The translations under genes were made by a program, and so were the position numbers. From NCBI GenBank assembly GCA_951406725.2, contig OX597818.1, positions 127,968,001 through 128,032,000 on the forward strand: a stretch of 64,000 bases of DNA, written 5' to 3'. The notes beneath the pieces were generated by a model that was not told where the DNA came from, searched no databases, and saw only the letters and a list, made by a program, of their open reading frames with translations. This stretch comes from Octopus vulgaris (Eukaryota). Shown one piece after another: positions 50,758-64,000 of the stretch (position 1 is the first letter of the stretch; each line of letters starts with the position of its first letter).

Positions 50758-50988
50758 TATTTCTTTACTGCCCACAAGGGGCTAAACATAGAGGGGACAA
50801 ACAAGGACAGACAAAGAGATTAAGTCGATTACATCGACCCCCGTGCGTAGCTGGTACTTTATTTATCGACCCCGAAAGGATGAAAGGCAAAGTCGACCTT
50901 GGCGGTATTTTAACTCAGAACGTAACGGCAGACGAAATATGGCCACGCATTTCGCCCGGCGTGCTAACGTTTCTGCCAGCTCACCGCC
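50758..50988 (-). mobile_element. SINE (Nin/Deu-like core), full length
   Basis: Head ggcggtgagctggcagaaacgttagcacg. Same family at 9930-10140, 53431-53662 and 53923-54141. Confidence 0.85.
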
Positions 50989-52352
50989 TATAATATATTT
51001 ATATAATGACCAATGAGTAGTATCTATTCAGTACAAAAAGATATCTGGAGGTTCTGCGGTGACCATAATGGGTGTAGCATATGTATTGTAAGTAATACCT
51101 AGCAAAAAGCCACTTTCCTCAATACTACTCATCCTCTCAGTTGAGGGATTTTGTTTTGCAAGTTACTTGATGACCTTGATGTTGGTACCATGTAAAAAGC
51201 AGTCCAGAACTCTGTAAAGTGGTTGATGTTAGGAAGGGTATCACTCCATGGAAATCATACCAAAGCAAGTAGTAGTGCTTGGTACAGCCCTCTGGCTCAC
51301 CAGCTCCTGTCAAACCCATGCCAGCATGGAAAACAGACATTAAATGTTGACGATGATGATGATTATAAGTTGGGAAGTGGGTAGAGGATGATGATAGTGG
51401 TGGTGGCAATGGTAATTTTTATGTTGCTGCTGCTACTGCTGTTGCTGTTGCTGTTGAGCGAAGCGGTCTTCGTCCCAGAGCTCGCAAGATGGGAGAAGTC
51501 CGAAACGTGGTCCTTTGCTATTCGTAAGACCCACAGAAGAGAAAGCAGGTCAACCCCCGACACCGAGAGCATCGACGGATGGATGAATGTGCATCCAAGC
51601 TCGGCGGTTGCGTAGGAAGTCGGGAACAAGAAACAGGGAGAAAGAGTGATAGAAAGTTGGAGCAAAAGAGTACAACAGGGGTCGCCACCACCTCCTACCA
51701 GAGCCTCGTGGAGCTTTAGGTGTTTTTGCTCAATAAACACACACAACGCTTGGTCTGGGAATCGAAACCGCGATCCTCCAACCACGAGTCCGCTGCCCTA
51801 ACCACTGGGCCATTGCGCCTCCACTGCTGCTGCTACTGATCTGCATGGTAGTTTGATTATGAAGATATGATAATAGTTCTAACAATGATATTTGTGATAT
51901 ATGATAATAAAAATAGAGATTGTGCTCTAATTACTCTACAATTTCATCTAGCTTTTTCCACCATATTAACATGGGTTTAATAATTACACAAATCATGAAA
52001 GGTTTTCATTAATTTTTTCTTTTCTTCTTTTTTTTTCTCTCTCTCACTTATGAAAGATTTTATAGTTCTGCAGATAATGAAATGTTGTTTATGATAATTT
52101 TCAAAAAATATATTTATTTTCTTTCACTGGATGTTCATTTAAAAACTAACTATTTTCAAATTCAAATATAAATTGAGAGTGGAAACTATATTTATTCAAG
52201 TTGATTAAAAGGAGTGGAGAAAAAATCCAATGCTGGTGGCAAATTTTGTTATGAGATTATAATTTCACTAAATTTTGCAGATCACCATATTACCCACACT
52301 CTTATTAATTAATCAATTAAGTAATTAACATTACATTAAAAAACTATGTATA

Positions 52353-52514
52353 GGCACAGGAGTGGCTGTGTGGTAAGTAGCTTGCTAACCAACCACATGG
52401 TTCTGAGTTCAGTCCCACTGCGTGGCATCTTGGGCAAGTGTCTTCTGCTATAGCCACGGGCCGACCAATGCCTTGTGAGTGGATTTGGTAGATGGAAACT
52501 GAAAGAAGCCTGTC

Positions 52515-52573
<59 letters not shown>

Positions 52574-52800
52574 TGTGTGTGTATGTTTTGTGTGTTGTGT
52601 TTGTCCCCCTAGCATTGCTTGACAACCGATGCTGGTGTGTTTACATCCCCCGTCACTTAGCGGTTCGGCAAAAGAGACCGATAGAATAAGTACTGGGCTG
52701 ACAAAGAATAAGTCCCGGGGTTGATTTGCTCGACTAAAGGTGGTGCTCCAGCATGGCCGCAGTCAAATGACTGAAACAAGTAAAATAGTAAAAGAGAGAG
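52353..52800 (+). mobile_element. tRNA-derived SINE with expanded internal (TA)n
   Basis: Same family as 33919-34339. Confidence 0.85.
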
Positions 52801-55072
52801 AGTCTTGTTGATTTAAAAACCCTAAAATTCTAAATTTTTTCAAAGAAAGTGCTAAAAATATTTCTTTTTTATTAATTAGTTGGTTACTTTGGTTATTAGT
52901 TGCCAGCTTACTAGCTAGTTGGTTTGCTAGCTAGTGAGCTAGTTATGTAGTTTGCTAGTTAGCTAGTGAGTCAGTTGGTTTGGTCCAGTTCAATCTGTTG
53001 GTTGAGCTGATGAGGTCAGATCTGCCTACCCATCCATCCACCTATCCAAACTGTCTATCTGACTCATTTGTCTATCCATCCTGTCAATATGTTCATCTGT
53101 CTATCACATGCCTGTGCATTATACAACAGTTCTCCTTCAGTGAACCTGATCAATTTTTCAGTATTTGCAAAGGTACAGGCTCTACAGTATACTATGTATA
53201 CACCAGCTTTTACAAATTATAACAGCCACATGAATAATTCAGAATATTGACTTATGTGTATGTGCAGGAGGTAGGAGTGGCTGGGTGCACATGCATGCAT
53301 GTTTACAAAAATGATTCAGTGAAATTGATACAGCTAATGTCTTTGAACAATTGCAAATTGAGACCTGCTGAAATAACCTGGGCAGGGAGAGAATGCCCTT
53401 GGGTTAGTGTTTAGCTGGAGAAGGAACATAGGCGGTGAGCTGGCAGAATCGTTAGCACGCCGGGCGAAATGTGTAGCCATATTTCATCTGCCATTACATT
53501 CTGAGTTCAAATTCCGCTGAGGTCAACTTTGCCTTTCATCCTTTCAGGGTTGATAAATTAAGTACCAGTCACGCACTGGGGTCGATGTAATCGACTTAAT
53601 CTGTTTGTCTGTCCTTGTTTGTCCCCTCTGTGTTTAGCCCCTTGTGGGTAGTAAAGAAATAGAAAGAACTAGGAATGGTAGTTTGTGCATGCTTCAGAGG
53701 GATACAATATGAGTGATGAGAATAGAAGCGGGTGAGTTGTGTAGATCTAAGGAGAGGTTACATGAGAGCAACCAGTTAAGACAAGCAAAGCCACTTAGTA
53801 GTGGAAGAAAACACAGACTGAGTAGACAGCATGTCTATGGGTCAGTGGGTGGTGTGTTGGTGGGCAACTTTAGGCTGGTCATTTGGAGGGTTTTTTTGTG
53901 GATGATGTATAGGATGTCAGAAGGCGGCGAGCTGGCAGAATCATTAGCACGCCAGGCGAAATGCTTAGCGGTATTTCATCTGCCGCTACGTTCTGAGTTC
54001 AAATTCTGCCGAGGTCGACTTTGCCTTTCATCCTTTCGGGGGTCGATTAAATAAGTACCAGTTACGAACTGGGGGTCAATATAATCAACTTAATCCGTTT
54101 GTCTTCTCTGTGTTTAGCCCTTTGTGAGTAGTAAAGAAATAGCTATATAGGTGGTCAGTATGTGTAATAGTAACACCATCTCAGATGGCTTGCATTGTTA
54201 TGTTTACTTCTCATGAAATAAAAGCTATCTGCAGCAATCCATTATTATAGTCCATAAGGTACATGAATCTCATGTTCCCAATGCTGGAGAAACCAGAGGT
54301 AGATGCTGGCCCTAAGGCATGTTTGTGATTCCAAAACGAATTAGATAGCTGGAAAATTTTTCCAGGAGATATGAAGCCAAAGGATTTTAGAAGAAAGAAG
54401 AAATGGGCGTTGTGATGTTCATGCTTCTCCCAGTATGATTAATACATAGAACATTAATTAGCAATATAGGGAAAATAATTTTTATTTTAAATCTACAAGA
54501 TAGGTAACTGGTTTGGGAAATATTGGCTAAGGGGACGTAACTTTTACTTAGCGGTCAAATGTTATTTATTAAATATATTCAGTCATTTGGTTAATGACTT
54601 TTTTATTATGAAGGGTAAAATTTTAATCAATTAAAATTTCTTAGGTCATTTCATCAAGTGCATTAGCTTCAACTTTAGCAACATTTTGAATTCATTTTAT
54701 TTTCTATATATTTTTCACTGTAGAGTAATTGTAAGCTCCCCTTCCAGGAGGAAGTGATGTTGCTTTAAAGTCCTAGTTTAGCTATTGTTCTTATTTTATT
54801 TCATGTACATTACTTTGAGCAAACCAATGATCAAAGGTGTTCCAGACGTGACTATTTAATCTTTCAATCTTTCATTCAGACATAATGTATCTAGAATACA
54901 TTATCCAGTGTAGTTTTCCTTTTTGAAGATTGGGAGGTATGGTTTGAGGGGCGATTTGGCTTCTTTTTTTTTTTTTTCTCACAGATCAAGTAACCACGTT
55001 GCACCACTTCCTACCCTCATTTTTTTCTTTTGTAATGTAAGTCAATCAAAAGAAGATCTTTGTGGGTCCTAC

Positions 55073-55128
55073 CAGTATTGTGAGAATTATGTCATTGATG
55101 CATAATCTGAACATTTGAAGCTCAATAC
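55073..55128 (-). CDS. Candidate small exon (56 nt, phase 1-0)
   Basis: ttttactgcag acceptor, CTG|gtagga donor. Reads (G)IELQMFRLCINDIILTIL and is phase-compatible with the 59.8 kb and 43.0 kb candidates. Confidence 0.25.
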
Positions 55129-55779
55129 CTGCAGTAAAACACAGGATAGAGTAAACCCGGGTCCACTCCAAATACTTGCTAAAGAGTGAACTTTGCTAAA
55201 GGTGCCCCAAAACTAAGGAATGGGGGTTGTAATTGCTTAAACCCAAGTCAATTATGATCGACTTATGATCCCATGATCAAAGATATTCCAATCACAATAT
55301 TTTATCTTTTTGTCATTTTTGACTACATTGCACAATGTAACCTTCCTTTTTTATGATGGTGGGTAATGATTTGAAGCAGATTTAACTATTCATTCTTGCA
55401 GATTGAGCTACCATGTAGAGGCCCTCTTGGTGGCAAAGACCTCTCACATCTTCCCATTTTTATGAATATGGTTCAAGTAAAACCAAAGTCACTGTTCTTG
55501 GTTTTACTCTTTGGAGCTAATTTGTTGTCCATTGATGCTGCCAATAGATGGCAAGTTGGCGAAGTCACTGGAGTGTCAAAATGCTTTGCAGTATTTGTTC
55601 TAGCCCTCTGTGCTCTGAGTTCAATTCTCGCTGAAGTCATCTTTATTCTTTCATCCTTCTGAGATCAATAAAATAAATTACCAATCAGAACAATGGATTG
55701 GTAGAATTGTCAGAGCATTGGATAAAATGCCTTGTAATATTTCTAGTGACTCTTCCATTCTAAGTTCTTGAGTGGTAGA

Positions 55780-56585
55780 CTTAATTCATTTAGCAAATTT
55801 AATGCAGCAGTAAGTATATGAGAATAAGTACTAGTTATATGGAGTACCAAATAAATAAAAAAAAAATGAGCATTTTCAACATTTGCTTCTCCTTGTGTTC
55901 AGTGAAGGTTCCAAAGCTGCCAAAACTGCTCAAGACATTTGTGCTGTGTATGGAGAAGGCACTATTATTAAAAGAACTACACAAAAATAGTTTTCATGCT
56001 TCAAGGAAGGGAAATTCAACCTCCCAAACTCTCCACATTCTGGCTGACCTGTTCAGTTCAGTGAAGGTTGATCAAACGAGCTCATTATCAAGAATGTGCA
56101 CCAATCCAATTGGAAATTGATCCAGCATATAGTATGCTCTCATGATACAATTGCCCATTACTTTCCCTTAATGGATAATCCATCTGAAATAACCTGAATG
56201 GTGACATGGTATGCTTCTTCAACATGACAACTCTCATTCTCACATTGCTAATTTGACCAAAAATTCAATTTAAAAGGTTCTACTGCCCCTACCATATTCT
56301 CTTGATATAGTACCTTCAGATTATCACCTTTTCCAGTTGCTCTCCAGCAGTCTGTGAAGCATTTCGTTCAGTGATGATATGTTGCTAAAAAAAAGTGGCT
56401 TGATGAGTTCTTTGAGTCAAGACCCTGTGATTTCTACTATCAAGGCATTGACAAGCTAGTGGAACACTGACAAGAAGTTGTGAACAATAAAGAATATATT
56501 ATTGACTGATTAAAAAAATTTTTGATGAAAAATAAAGATTAAAATCAATGAACAAAATACAAATGAATTGACTAATCAATATGTA
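55780..56585 (+). pseudogene. Old, internally deleted mariner transposase relic
   Basis: AAKTAQDICAVYGEG, LLQHDN, PYSLDIVPSDYHLF and FYYQGIDKLVEH*QEVV...YIID*. Confidence 0.75.
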
Positions 56586-56839
56586 AGTAATGAGGCATTA
56601 AAAAACTAATTAGAAATAGAGATGTGATGAGGAAAAATAATGTTAATCAATGACAAATATTGTTTTATTTTTGCAAGACAATACTGGACAAGTTTCAATT
56701 TGATTATGCAAAGAACAGATTTCAGAAGTAGTGAGGAGAAAAGTACTAAGTAAATGTAAAAGATTAATATGTACCAACCACTGATAAGTACACTTTTTTT
56801 ACTCAAATTCATTTTATTTGCTTACTAATTTCAGTCATT

Positions 56840-57186
56840 GGTGAAGGTGTATGGCTCAGTGGTTAGAGCATCGGACTCACAATCATGAGGTAGTGAGTTC
56901 AATTCCTGGACCGGACTGCGTGTTGTGTTCTTGAGCAAGACACTTTATTTCATGTTGCTCCCGTTCACTCAGCTGTAGAAATGAGTTGCAACATCACTGG
57001 TGCCAAGCTGTATCAGCCTTCACCTTTCCCTTGGATAACATCAGTGGTGTAGAGAGGGGAGGCTGGTATGCATGGGTGACTGTTGGTCTTCCACAAAGAA
57101 TCCTGCTTGGACTTGTACTTCAGAGGGGAACTTTCTAGATGCAATCTCATGGTCATTCATGACCGAAGGTGGTCTTACCTTTTACC
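56840..57186 (+). mobile_element. tRNA-derived SINE with 15-bp TSD
   Basis: CTAATTTCAGTCATT at 56825-56839 and 57187-57201, with A and B boxes in the head. Confidence 0.88.
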
Positions 57187-59778
57187 CTAATTTCAGTCAT
57201 TAGTCATTAGACTGTAACCATTTTAAGGCAGCACTTACATGAGTTCTTAGAATTAATTATATCAACCTTAATGTTGCTATAGTACAGAGAGACCACAGCT
57301 ATGTTGTCTAAGATACACCAGCACATAGTGTTTGGTCCTCTAACAGCAATTTTAAATTTTGAGTTACATCCCTTTTAAGAAATTAATTTCCTTAAAACAA
57401 AGTAAATTCAACACTGTTGTGAAAATACATACATTCCTCTACACTTACAAATATATTTTATACGATAGACTTCCACACAGTTTCTGTTGTCCAAATTTAA
57501 TTCACAAGGTATTAGTCACATTGGAAGTATGGTAAAAGATACTTGCCTAAGGTGCTGGGCAGGGGAATTGAACCTTTAACCTCACATTTGTAATACAAAT
57601 TTGTCAACTATAGTCATGTTTGTATCAATTTTAGCTTTCTTAGAGTGAAAGTAAAAATAAGGGAAATAACTAATGAGAACTGGTCAAAACATTCTGAAAT
57701 AGAATTTGATTGTAGGAGCCTAAACTACATGAAACAGGTGTTAGCCAGGATAGAAGTAGTCCAGGGAACATGTGGTAGCGTATCTAGAGTATAAGTATGT
57801 CAAGAAATAGATGGCACACAGTGAACTAATAGGCTAGTGAACATGTGACAGTAGAAGGCAAATAAGGCGGAAGTGGGTCAAGGAATGTGTGTATTCAGAG
57901 GAGTGGTAGGTTATCATCATCATCGTTTAACGTCCGTTTTCCATGCTAGCATGGGTTGGACAGTACGACCGGGGTCTGAGAAGCCAGGAGGCTACACCAG
58001 ACTCCAGTCTCATCTGGCAGTGTTTCTACAGCTGGATGCCCTTCCTAACGCTAACCACTCCATGAGTTTGCACACCCTAACTGATGCTTCTTAGGTCCAG
58101 CTTTTCTCTCAAGGTACTTACACTCTGTCGAGTATGAACACTGATATTAAAACATTCATCGGAGCATACTGGCTTCATTTCTTGCGAGCTTACGCATATC
58201 CTCATCAGTCACAGCCCATGTTTCACTGCCATGTAGCATGGCTGTTAATGTATTGTTAATGCATATGTTAGAAATGTGTTGACAGAATAGTAGTAGGTAA
58301 GGGAATATGTGGCACAACCCAGTACTTTTGAGGTGAGAGAGTTTAGAAGATACCATCAACCTTAGTGTTTGACTGATATTTTATTTTATTGACCCTGAGT
58401 GGATGAACGGTTAAGATGACAATGACAGGATTTGAACTCAGAACAAAAAGTCTCGAGATATTTCTTCCAACTCTACATTCTGAGTTCAAATCCCTCTGAG
58501 GTTGGCATTGCTTTTCAGGGTCAATAGATTAAGTACCAGTGAAACACTGGAGTCAATGTAATTGACTTGTCCTCTGTCACCAAATTTCTGATTTTGTGCT
58601 TATAGTAGAAAGGACTATTATTATTATTATTATTGAGAGGCAGTGCATACCATCAAAGGGACACTGGGATAACATATACAAAGCCCAGTATACTGATCAT
58701 GACAACAAGTCTGACAAGGGTACACCAGGCACATGCATCACAACTACATATGCATGACTTAGTGATCTCATATCAAGATAAACTGCGCATGATAAACAGT
58801 GAGGTTGACTTTGCCTTTCATCCTTTTGGAGTTGATAAATTAAGTATCAGTCAACTACTGGGGTCAATGTGATCAACTTATCCTCTCCCCCAAAATTAAA
58901 GACCTTGTGCCTACAGTAGAAAAGATTATCATTATTTGCCAGCCTCGCCTGGCCCCCATGCTGGTGGCACGTAAAAGCACCATCCATTCGTGTCCGTAGC
59001 CAGCCTCACCTGGCCCCCGTGCAGGTGGCACGTAAAAGCACCATCCGTTCGTGGCCGTTTGCCAGCTCCGTCTGGCACCTGTGCGGGTGGCACGTAAAAA
59101 GCACCCACTACACTCACGGAGTGGTTGGCGTTAGGAAGGGCATCCAGCCGTAAAAACACTGCCAGATCAGACTGGGCCTGATGTGGCCTTCCGGTTTCAC
59201 AGACCCCAGTTGAACCGTCCAACCCATGCTAGCATGGAAAGCGGACGCTAAATGATGATGATGATGAAGGTGGTGAGCTGGAAGAACCATCAGCACACTG
59301 AACAAAATGCTGAGCAGAATCTCATCCAGCTTCACATTCTGAGTTCAAATTCTGTCCATGTCAACTTTGCTTTTCATCCTTTTGGAGTTGATAAAATAAG
59401 TATCAGTCAAGTACTGGATAATTGACTTCCTTCCGCCTCAAAAACTTGTTGGGGGGGGACAAACACAGACACACAAACACATACATATATATACGACGGG
59501 CTTCTTTCCGCTTCCGTCTACCAAATCCACTCACAAGGCTATAGTAGAAGACACTTACCCAAGGTGCAATGCAATGGGACTGAACCGAGAACCATGTGGT
59601 TTGTAAGCAAGCTACTTACCACACAGCCACTCCTATGCCTATTTTGGTAATATTTGTTTCCAAAAAACTGTTTTTGAGGGTAAGGTTTTAATTTAGGTCA
59701 CTTTAAGACAGGAAATTTATATAATAGAATCAGGATCAGTCTTAGGCAGGTTGGTATCAAAAGGGTTAACACTACTAC

Positions 59779-59884
59779 CTGGTCTTTGGATACTTTTAGT
59801 TGAGTTCACTCTGTTGCAAGCACTTAGACCAGGCTTCTGGTCTGAGGATAACTTTCTTCCTTCTTCCAACCAGTCATGGAGATA
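59779..59884 (-). CDS. Candidate exon of an unidentified gene (acceptor imperfect)
   Basis: Reads YLHDWLEEGRKLSSDQKPGLSACNRVNSTKSIQRP-G|gtagta. Preceded by a poly-T tract, but the acceptor reads atgcgg instead of atgcag. Confidence 0.35.
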
Positions 59885-60775
59885 CCGCATAAAAAAAAAA
59901 ATTAAGGTGGGAATATAGACACTTCCCTTTGCCATCCTGGTACCTACTTGCATATTCCTTGATTTTCCCAATCACTTGGTCCAAATATTTTTCTGAATTC
60001 TAAGCAATATTTAAACTCAGTTTATTTGCTAATTTACAACTTCTGTAGATTCTCAAATTTATTTTACTCTTTTACTTGTTTCAGTCATGTGACTGTGGCC
60101 ATGCTGGAGCACTGCCTTTAGTCGAGCAAATCGACCCCACGACTTATTCTTTGTAAGCCTAGTACTTACTTCATCGGTCTCTTTTTTTGCCGAACCGCTA
60201 AGTTACGGGGACGTAAACACACCAGCATCGGTTGTCAAGCGATGTTGGGGGGGACAAACACAGACACACAAACACATACATATATATATATACATATATA
60301 CGACGGGCTTCTTTCCGCTTCCGTCTACCAAATCCACTCAATAGGCTATAGTAGAAGACACTTACCCAAGGTGCCATGCAATGGGACTGAACCCAGAACC
60401 ATGTGGTTCGTAAGCAAGCTACTTACCACACAGCCACTCCTACGCCTATTTTGGTTATATTTGTTTCCAAATGGCATTGAAGCTGCGACCTGTGATTTAT
60501 GTGTAAATAAATATTCCTGCAATGATGATTCTGAGAGTAAATAGAGAAGATATTGATGTGTCTAACATCACACAATTGTAAATAGGCATCATAAAGAAGT
60601 ATAAGGTACTAGTAACTGTACTCAATTTTTACAAGTGACTTTTATAAGCAAACAGTGCTAAGCTCAAATTCTCCTGTGTATAACAGTATGAGAAGGAACA
60701 GGAACCACCAAGGTAGATTGCTGTAGATCACTGGTTACCAATACTTACTTTACCAATATTACCACAATTTGAATA

Positions 60776-61074
60776 TCTTTATATATAAAAATGAAGTTGT
60801 GTGTCTGTCTCCTACGATTTAGATTCCTAACTACTCCCACATTTTGCGGTGCAGTTTAACCCAAAGCGAGTATCTTATAGTCGTGATTCATATCGAGCCC
60901 TTCTGGGTATTAGTGCGCGTCTACGATGAGTCTACGATTTTAAAAAAAATTTACCATAATTTTTTTCCCATTTTTAATACATTTTTTGCTATTATATAAG
61001 GGAAGTAACTCTCTAAAAATGCTTATATAGTTATTTCCCTTACAAACCCGAGCAACGCCAGGCGATACTGCTAG
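60776..61074 (+). mobile_element. Non-autonomous Helitron (sister copy of 17723-18028)
   Basis: A|TC ... hairpin ... CTAG|T. Confidence 0.85.
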
Positions 61075-61400
61075 TTTTAAATAAGAAAACAATACAGTGT
61101 ACTCAACATTTCATAGGAAACATTCCTCAGATTTTATTTACAGTAAATGTTGTCATAGGCCTATGAACCTAAAACTTAAACATATTCCTGAACCTTTTAT
61201 ATTTTATCAAATATTTTAAAAGCAAAACATTTTGGCTTCTCAACTCTTTCAAAGATAAATATTTCAATTTGAGTTGTGAGACATAAGTTGACAGCTGCTG
61301 GTCAAGTTTAATTACCTGAAGACAAAGTTTTAAGACTAAATAGTGCAATTATGACATCAATGGGTTATGAGTTATACATACATATATATATATATATATA

Positions 61401-64000
61401 TGTAACGAGCTTAGAGTGAGTATGTGAATATCTTGTCTTGTACTTTCGGGGTACAAGAAAGCAATCACTCTCACTCGTTCGTTAATAATCCAGAATCTCT
61501 GCCCGTCAGAAACAACAAGACGCAGACGTAAAATATATATATACTACTTTATTCTCTTTCTTGGTAACAATAACAATAAGTGTGTTATCTGATGTCCTTG
61601 ATTCTGGGCGCGCAAGGCTGAAAGTTAATAGATTGTAATATTTACAATGTCCAGCCGCTAAACCAGAAAGGGGTCAAGATGGCGTCGAACAGGGAAGTTG
61701 AATGTGGTCGGCAACAATTTGGTTAAAGGCATTCGGCCGACTGCTGCTATCAACCGGAGAGAATATATGCGTGACCGCCGCCTTCAATCGCTGGGTCCCA
61801 AGTCGCCGCTTGCTGCTGCTAGTGGTCAAACGTTCTAAGATCCCCCTGCCTTGGCCAGGGTTGTGCTTCCGGTGGTTCGCGCATGCGCGAGAGGGCCCTT
61901 CCTTTCTCTGCCTTGGTAAAGGCACCAACACGTGCGAAATACAAATGGACGGTGCGCGAGCGCGCGCCGTTGTAGGATCACTACAGGCTCCCCTCCAGTG
62001 CGTACGCACGAAAGGAAACTTATTGTAGTGACTGCAAAACTCAAGGTGGACACCAGATAACCAAATAGCACACAATAATATAATGGCAAAATTTATAATA
62101 TACACAAGAAATTTACTAAAGGAAAAAGAGAAAAAATACTCAATGAGCAAAAATCAAGAGTGCATGCATGAAAGTGTATACGTCACAAAGTATAGAGCCT
62201 TACGCTGAAGGAAGCGGAAGGAAAGCAAAAACTCACAGTTAATGAACCTAAACGAAATTAAATCCAACTTCTCTAAAGGTGGTTGATCCTGCAAAATAGC
62301 AGTTAAATCAATTGCTGCAGGAGAGGAAATGGAATTGGCAGAAACTCGCTAGTAACACAAAAGGCAAAAGTGCAAACATGCTGGTGTGATGCGCGACACA
62401 GATAATTTTCTGTTAATTACGTGACCAACAGTGGTCTAACAGGGAAAAATAATTACGCCTAACCATGGCGCAGCGCATGTGAACATCCGACGTCTATGAG
62501 TCGGGAAAAGAATTAGGCTAACGCAAACGTGTTGTAAAAAACAAGGCAATACACATGCGAAGCAAAAGGTGCATGAAATGCAATAGTGCTTGCCAGACCA
62601 AAAAACAGCAAGAATATGCCAGTGGTTGAGCGATTATATGCCTCGTTCGTACAGGAACAAAGGTATGGCATGCTGGCGCGTTATAATGGACAAACAACCC
62701 TCTCTATGTATACGTGACCGCTAGGGTCTATAGAAATGAGGGGTGTCCACAAAAGGCAAATTTAGCATGGAAAAAACAAGCGAGAAAAGCATGTGTGACG
62801 TATGTATGTGAGAGAGAGCATTTATGTGTGTGTACGTGTGTGCGACAGAAATACATACAAGGTGAATGCGAGCAAAATATAAAAACAGCGCATAGAAAAA
62901 AATGTTTCTCGGGCTATTCCAGACAATGGAATTAGTTTACCAGTCTATAATAGCCTGAAGCACAATAGCAGTTCGTTCTGTAACAGAAATGTTGAAATCA
63001 CAAAATGCAGATGCCGGTTGAACACAATGTGTAGCGGTTGTGGCTTCAATGCTGTGACAGGTTAACTGGAACAGAAGAATCTCGTAGATAGACGGTGCTG
63101 TTTATCCTTGGTGTGCATATGCACAAAACAGCATGCACGCTAAAGTTCCACGAGTTGCTATGTACATCTTGTGGAGGTCGACGGTGTTGAAAGGCGACGT
63201 TGGTGGTGGAAGGCGACTGTAGTGGACTTGGGACAACATCGTTCTTAGTGATGATGGCGACGAAGATAGCGACGACGTGAAGTAGACAGACGACGATGAT
63301 GATGACGAAGGTGGAGAAAAGGCATCGAATATATGATGGCGTTCGTCATCATGGCTGTAGAATAAGAAAAAGGCTCCTTCTACAACTGTTCGTGGTGGCC
63401 GGAAACAAATCGTCGAAAGATGATGCGTAGAGTTAAATCGTGTTCCGACTTCGCAGAAAAACTGGATTTTTTGTTGATAAGTGATCTCTGGTTTTAGACC
63501 AGAATCACGTCGGGAGGTCACCAGTGTAAAACTTAGTGTGAGTGAATATCTGTTCTTGTACTTTCGGGGTACAAGAAAGCAATCACTCACTAGCCGTTGC
63601 TTTAATAATCCAGAATTCTACCAGTCAGAAACAACAAGACGCAGACGTAAAATATATATATACTACTTTATTCTCTTTCTTGGTAACAATAACAATAAGT
63701 GTGTTATCTGTTGTCCTTGATTCTGGGCGCGCAAGGCTGAAAGTTAATAGATTGTAATATTTACAATGTCCAGCCGCTAAACCAGAAAGGGGTCAAGATG
63801 GCGTCGAACAGGGAAGTTGAATGTGGTCGGCAACAATTTGGTTAAAGGCATTCGGCCGACTGCTGCTATCAACCGGAGAGAATATATGCGTGACCGCCGC
63901 CTTCAATCGCTGGGTCCCAAGTCGCCGCTTGCTGCTGCTAGTGGTCAAACGTTCTACGATCCCCCTGCCTTGGCCAGGGTCGTGCTTCCGGTGGTTCGCG
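61401..64000 (-). mobile_element. Non-autonomous LTR retrotransposon (gypsy-like cis signals), truncated by the window end
   Basis: 3' LTR 61401-61985 (TGTA...TACA), PPT GGAGGGGAGCC at 61986-61996, 1.54-kb interior without a recognisable gag/pol ORF, PBS 63503-63523, 5' LTR 63525 to beyond 64000. Confidence 0.88.
63503..63523 (-). promoter_or_regulatory. Primer-binding site complementary to the tRNA-Trp 3' end
   Basis: Plus strand aatcacgtcgggaggtcacca versus eukaryotic tRNA-Trp 3' end AATCACGTCGGGGTCACCA (2-nt insertion), 1 nt from the LTR. Confidence 0.8.

Noticed and set aside
63102-63590. 162-aa ORF as gag
   Set aside because: It starts inside the LTR, is low-complexity and has no capsid or zinc-knuckle motif.

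Overview
AT-rich, microsatellite- and transposon-dense eukaryotic DNA, most likely a coleoid cephalopod (Octopus-type SINE and RTE repeats; inferred from repeat content, not database-confirmed). The only gene I can reconstruct completely is a minus-strand, three-exon TMEM115 orthologue (33075-32372, 7086-6913, 1903-1663; 372 aa, GT-AG introns of 25.3 kb and 5.0 kb). Its promoter has tandem ETS sites inside a zone where CpG is retained. Several phase-compatible minus-strand candidate exons (59.8, 55.1, 43.0, 40.2 kb) may belong to a second, unidentified gene. The rest is mobile DNA: a full-length dead mariner, a full-length dead Chapaev3, maT and mariner relics, Helitrons, hAT/piggyBac/Merlin-like MITEs, CR1/RTE/Tx1 LINE fragments, four tRNA-derived SINE families, a Penelope-like fragment with a hammerhead-like core, a solo LTR, and a small non-coding tRNA-Trp-primed LTR element whose two LTRs are mosaic. 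The most unusual structures are four long, near-perfect local inverted duplications. I found no evidence for a clearly new protein-coding system. All coordinates were read by eye.
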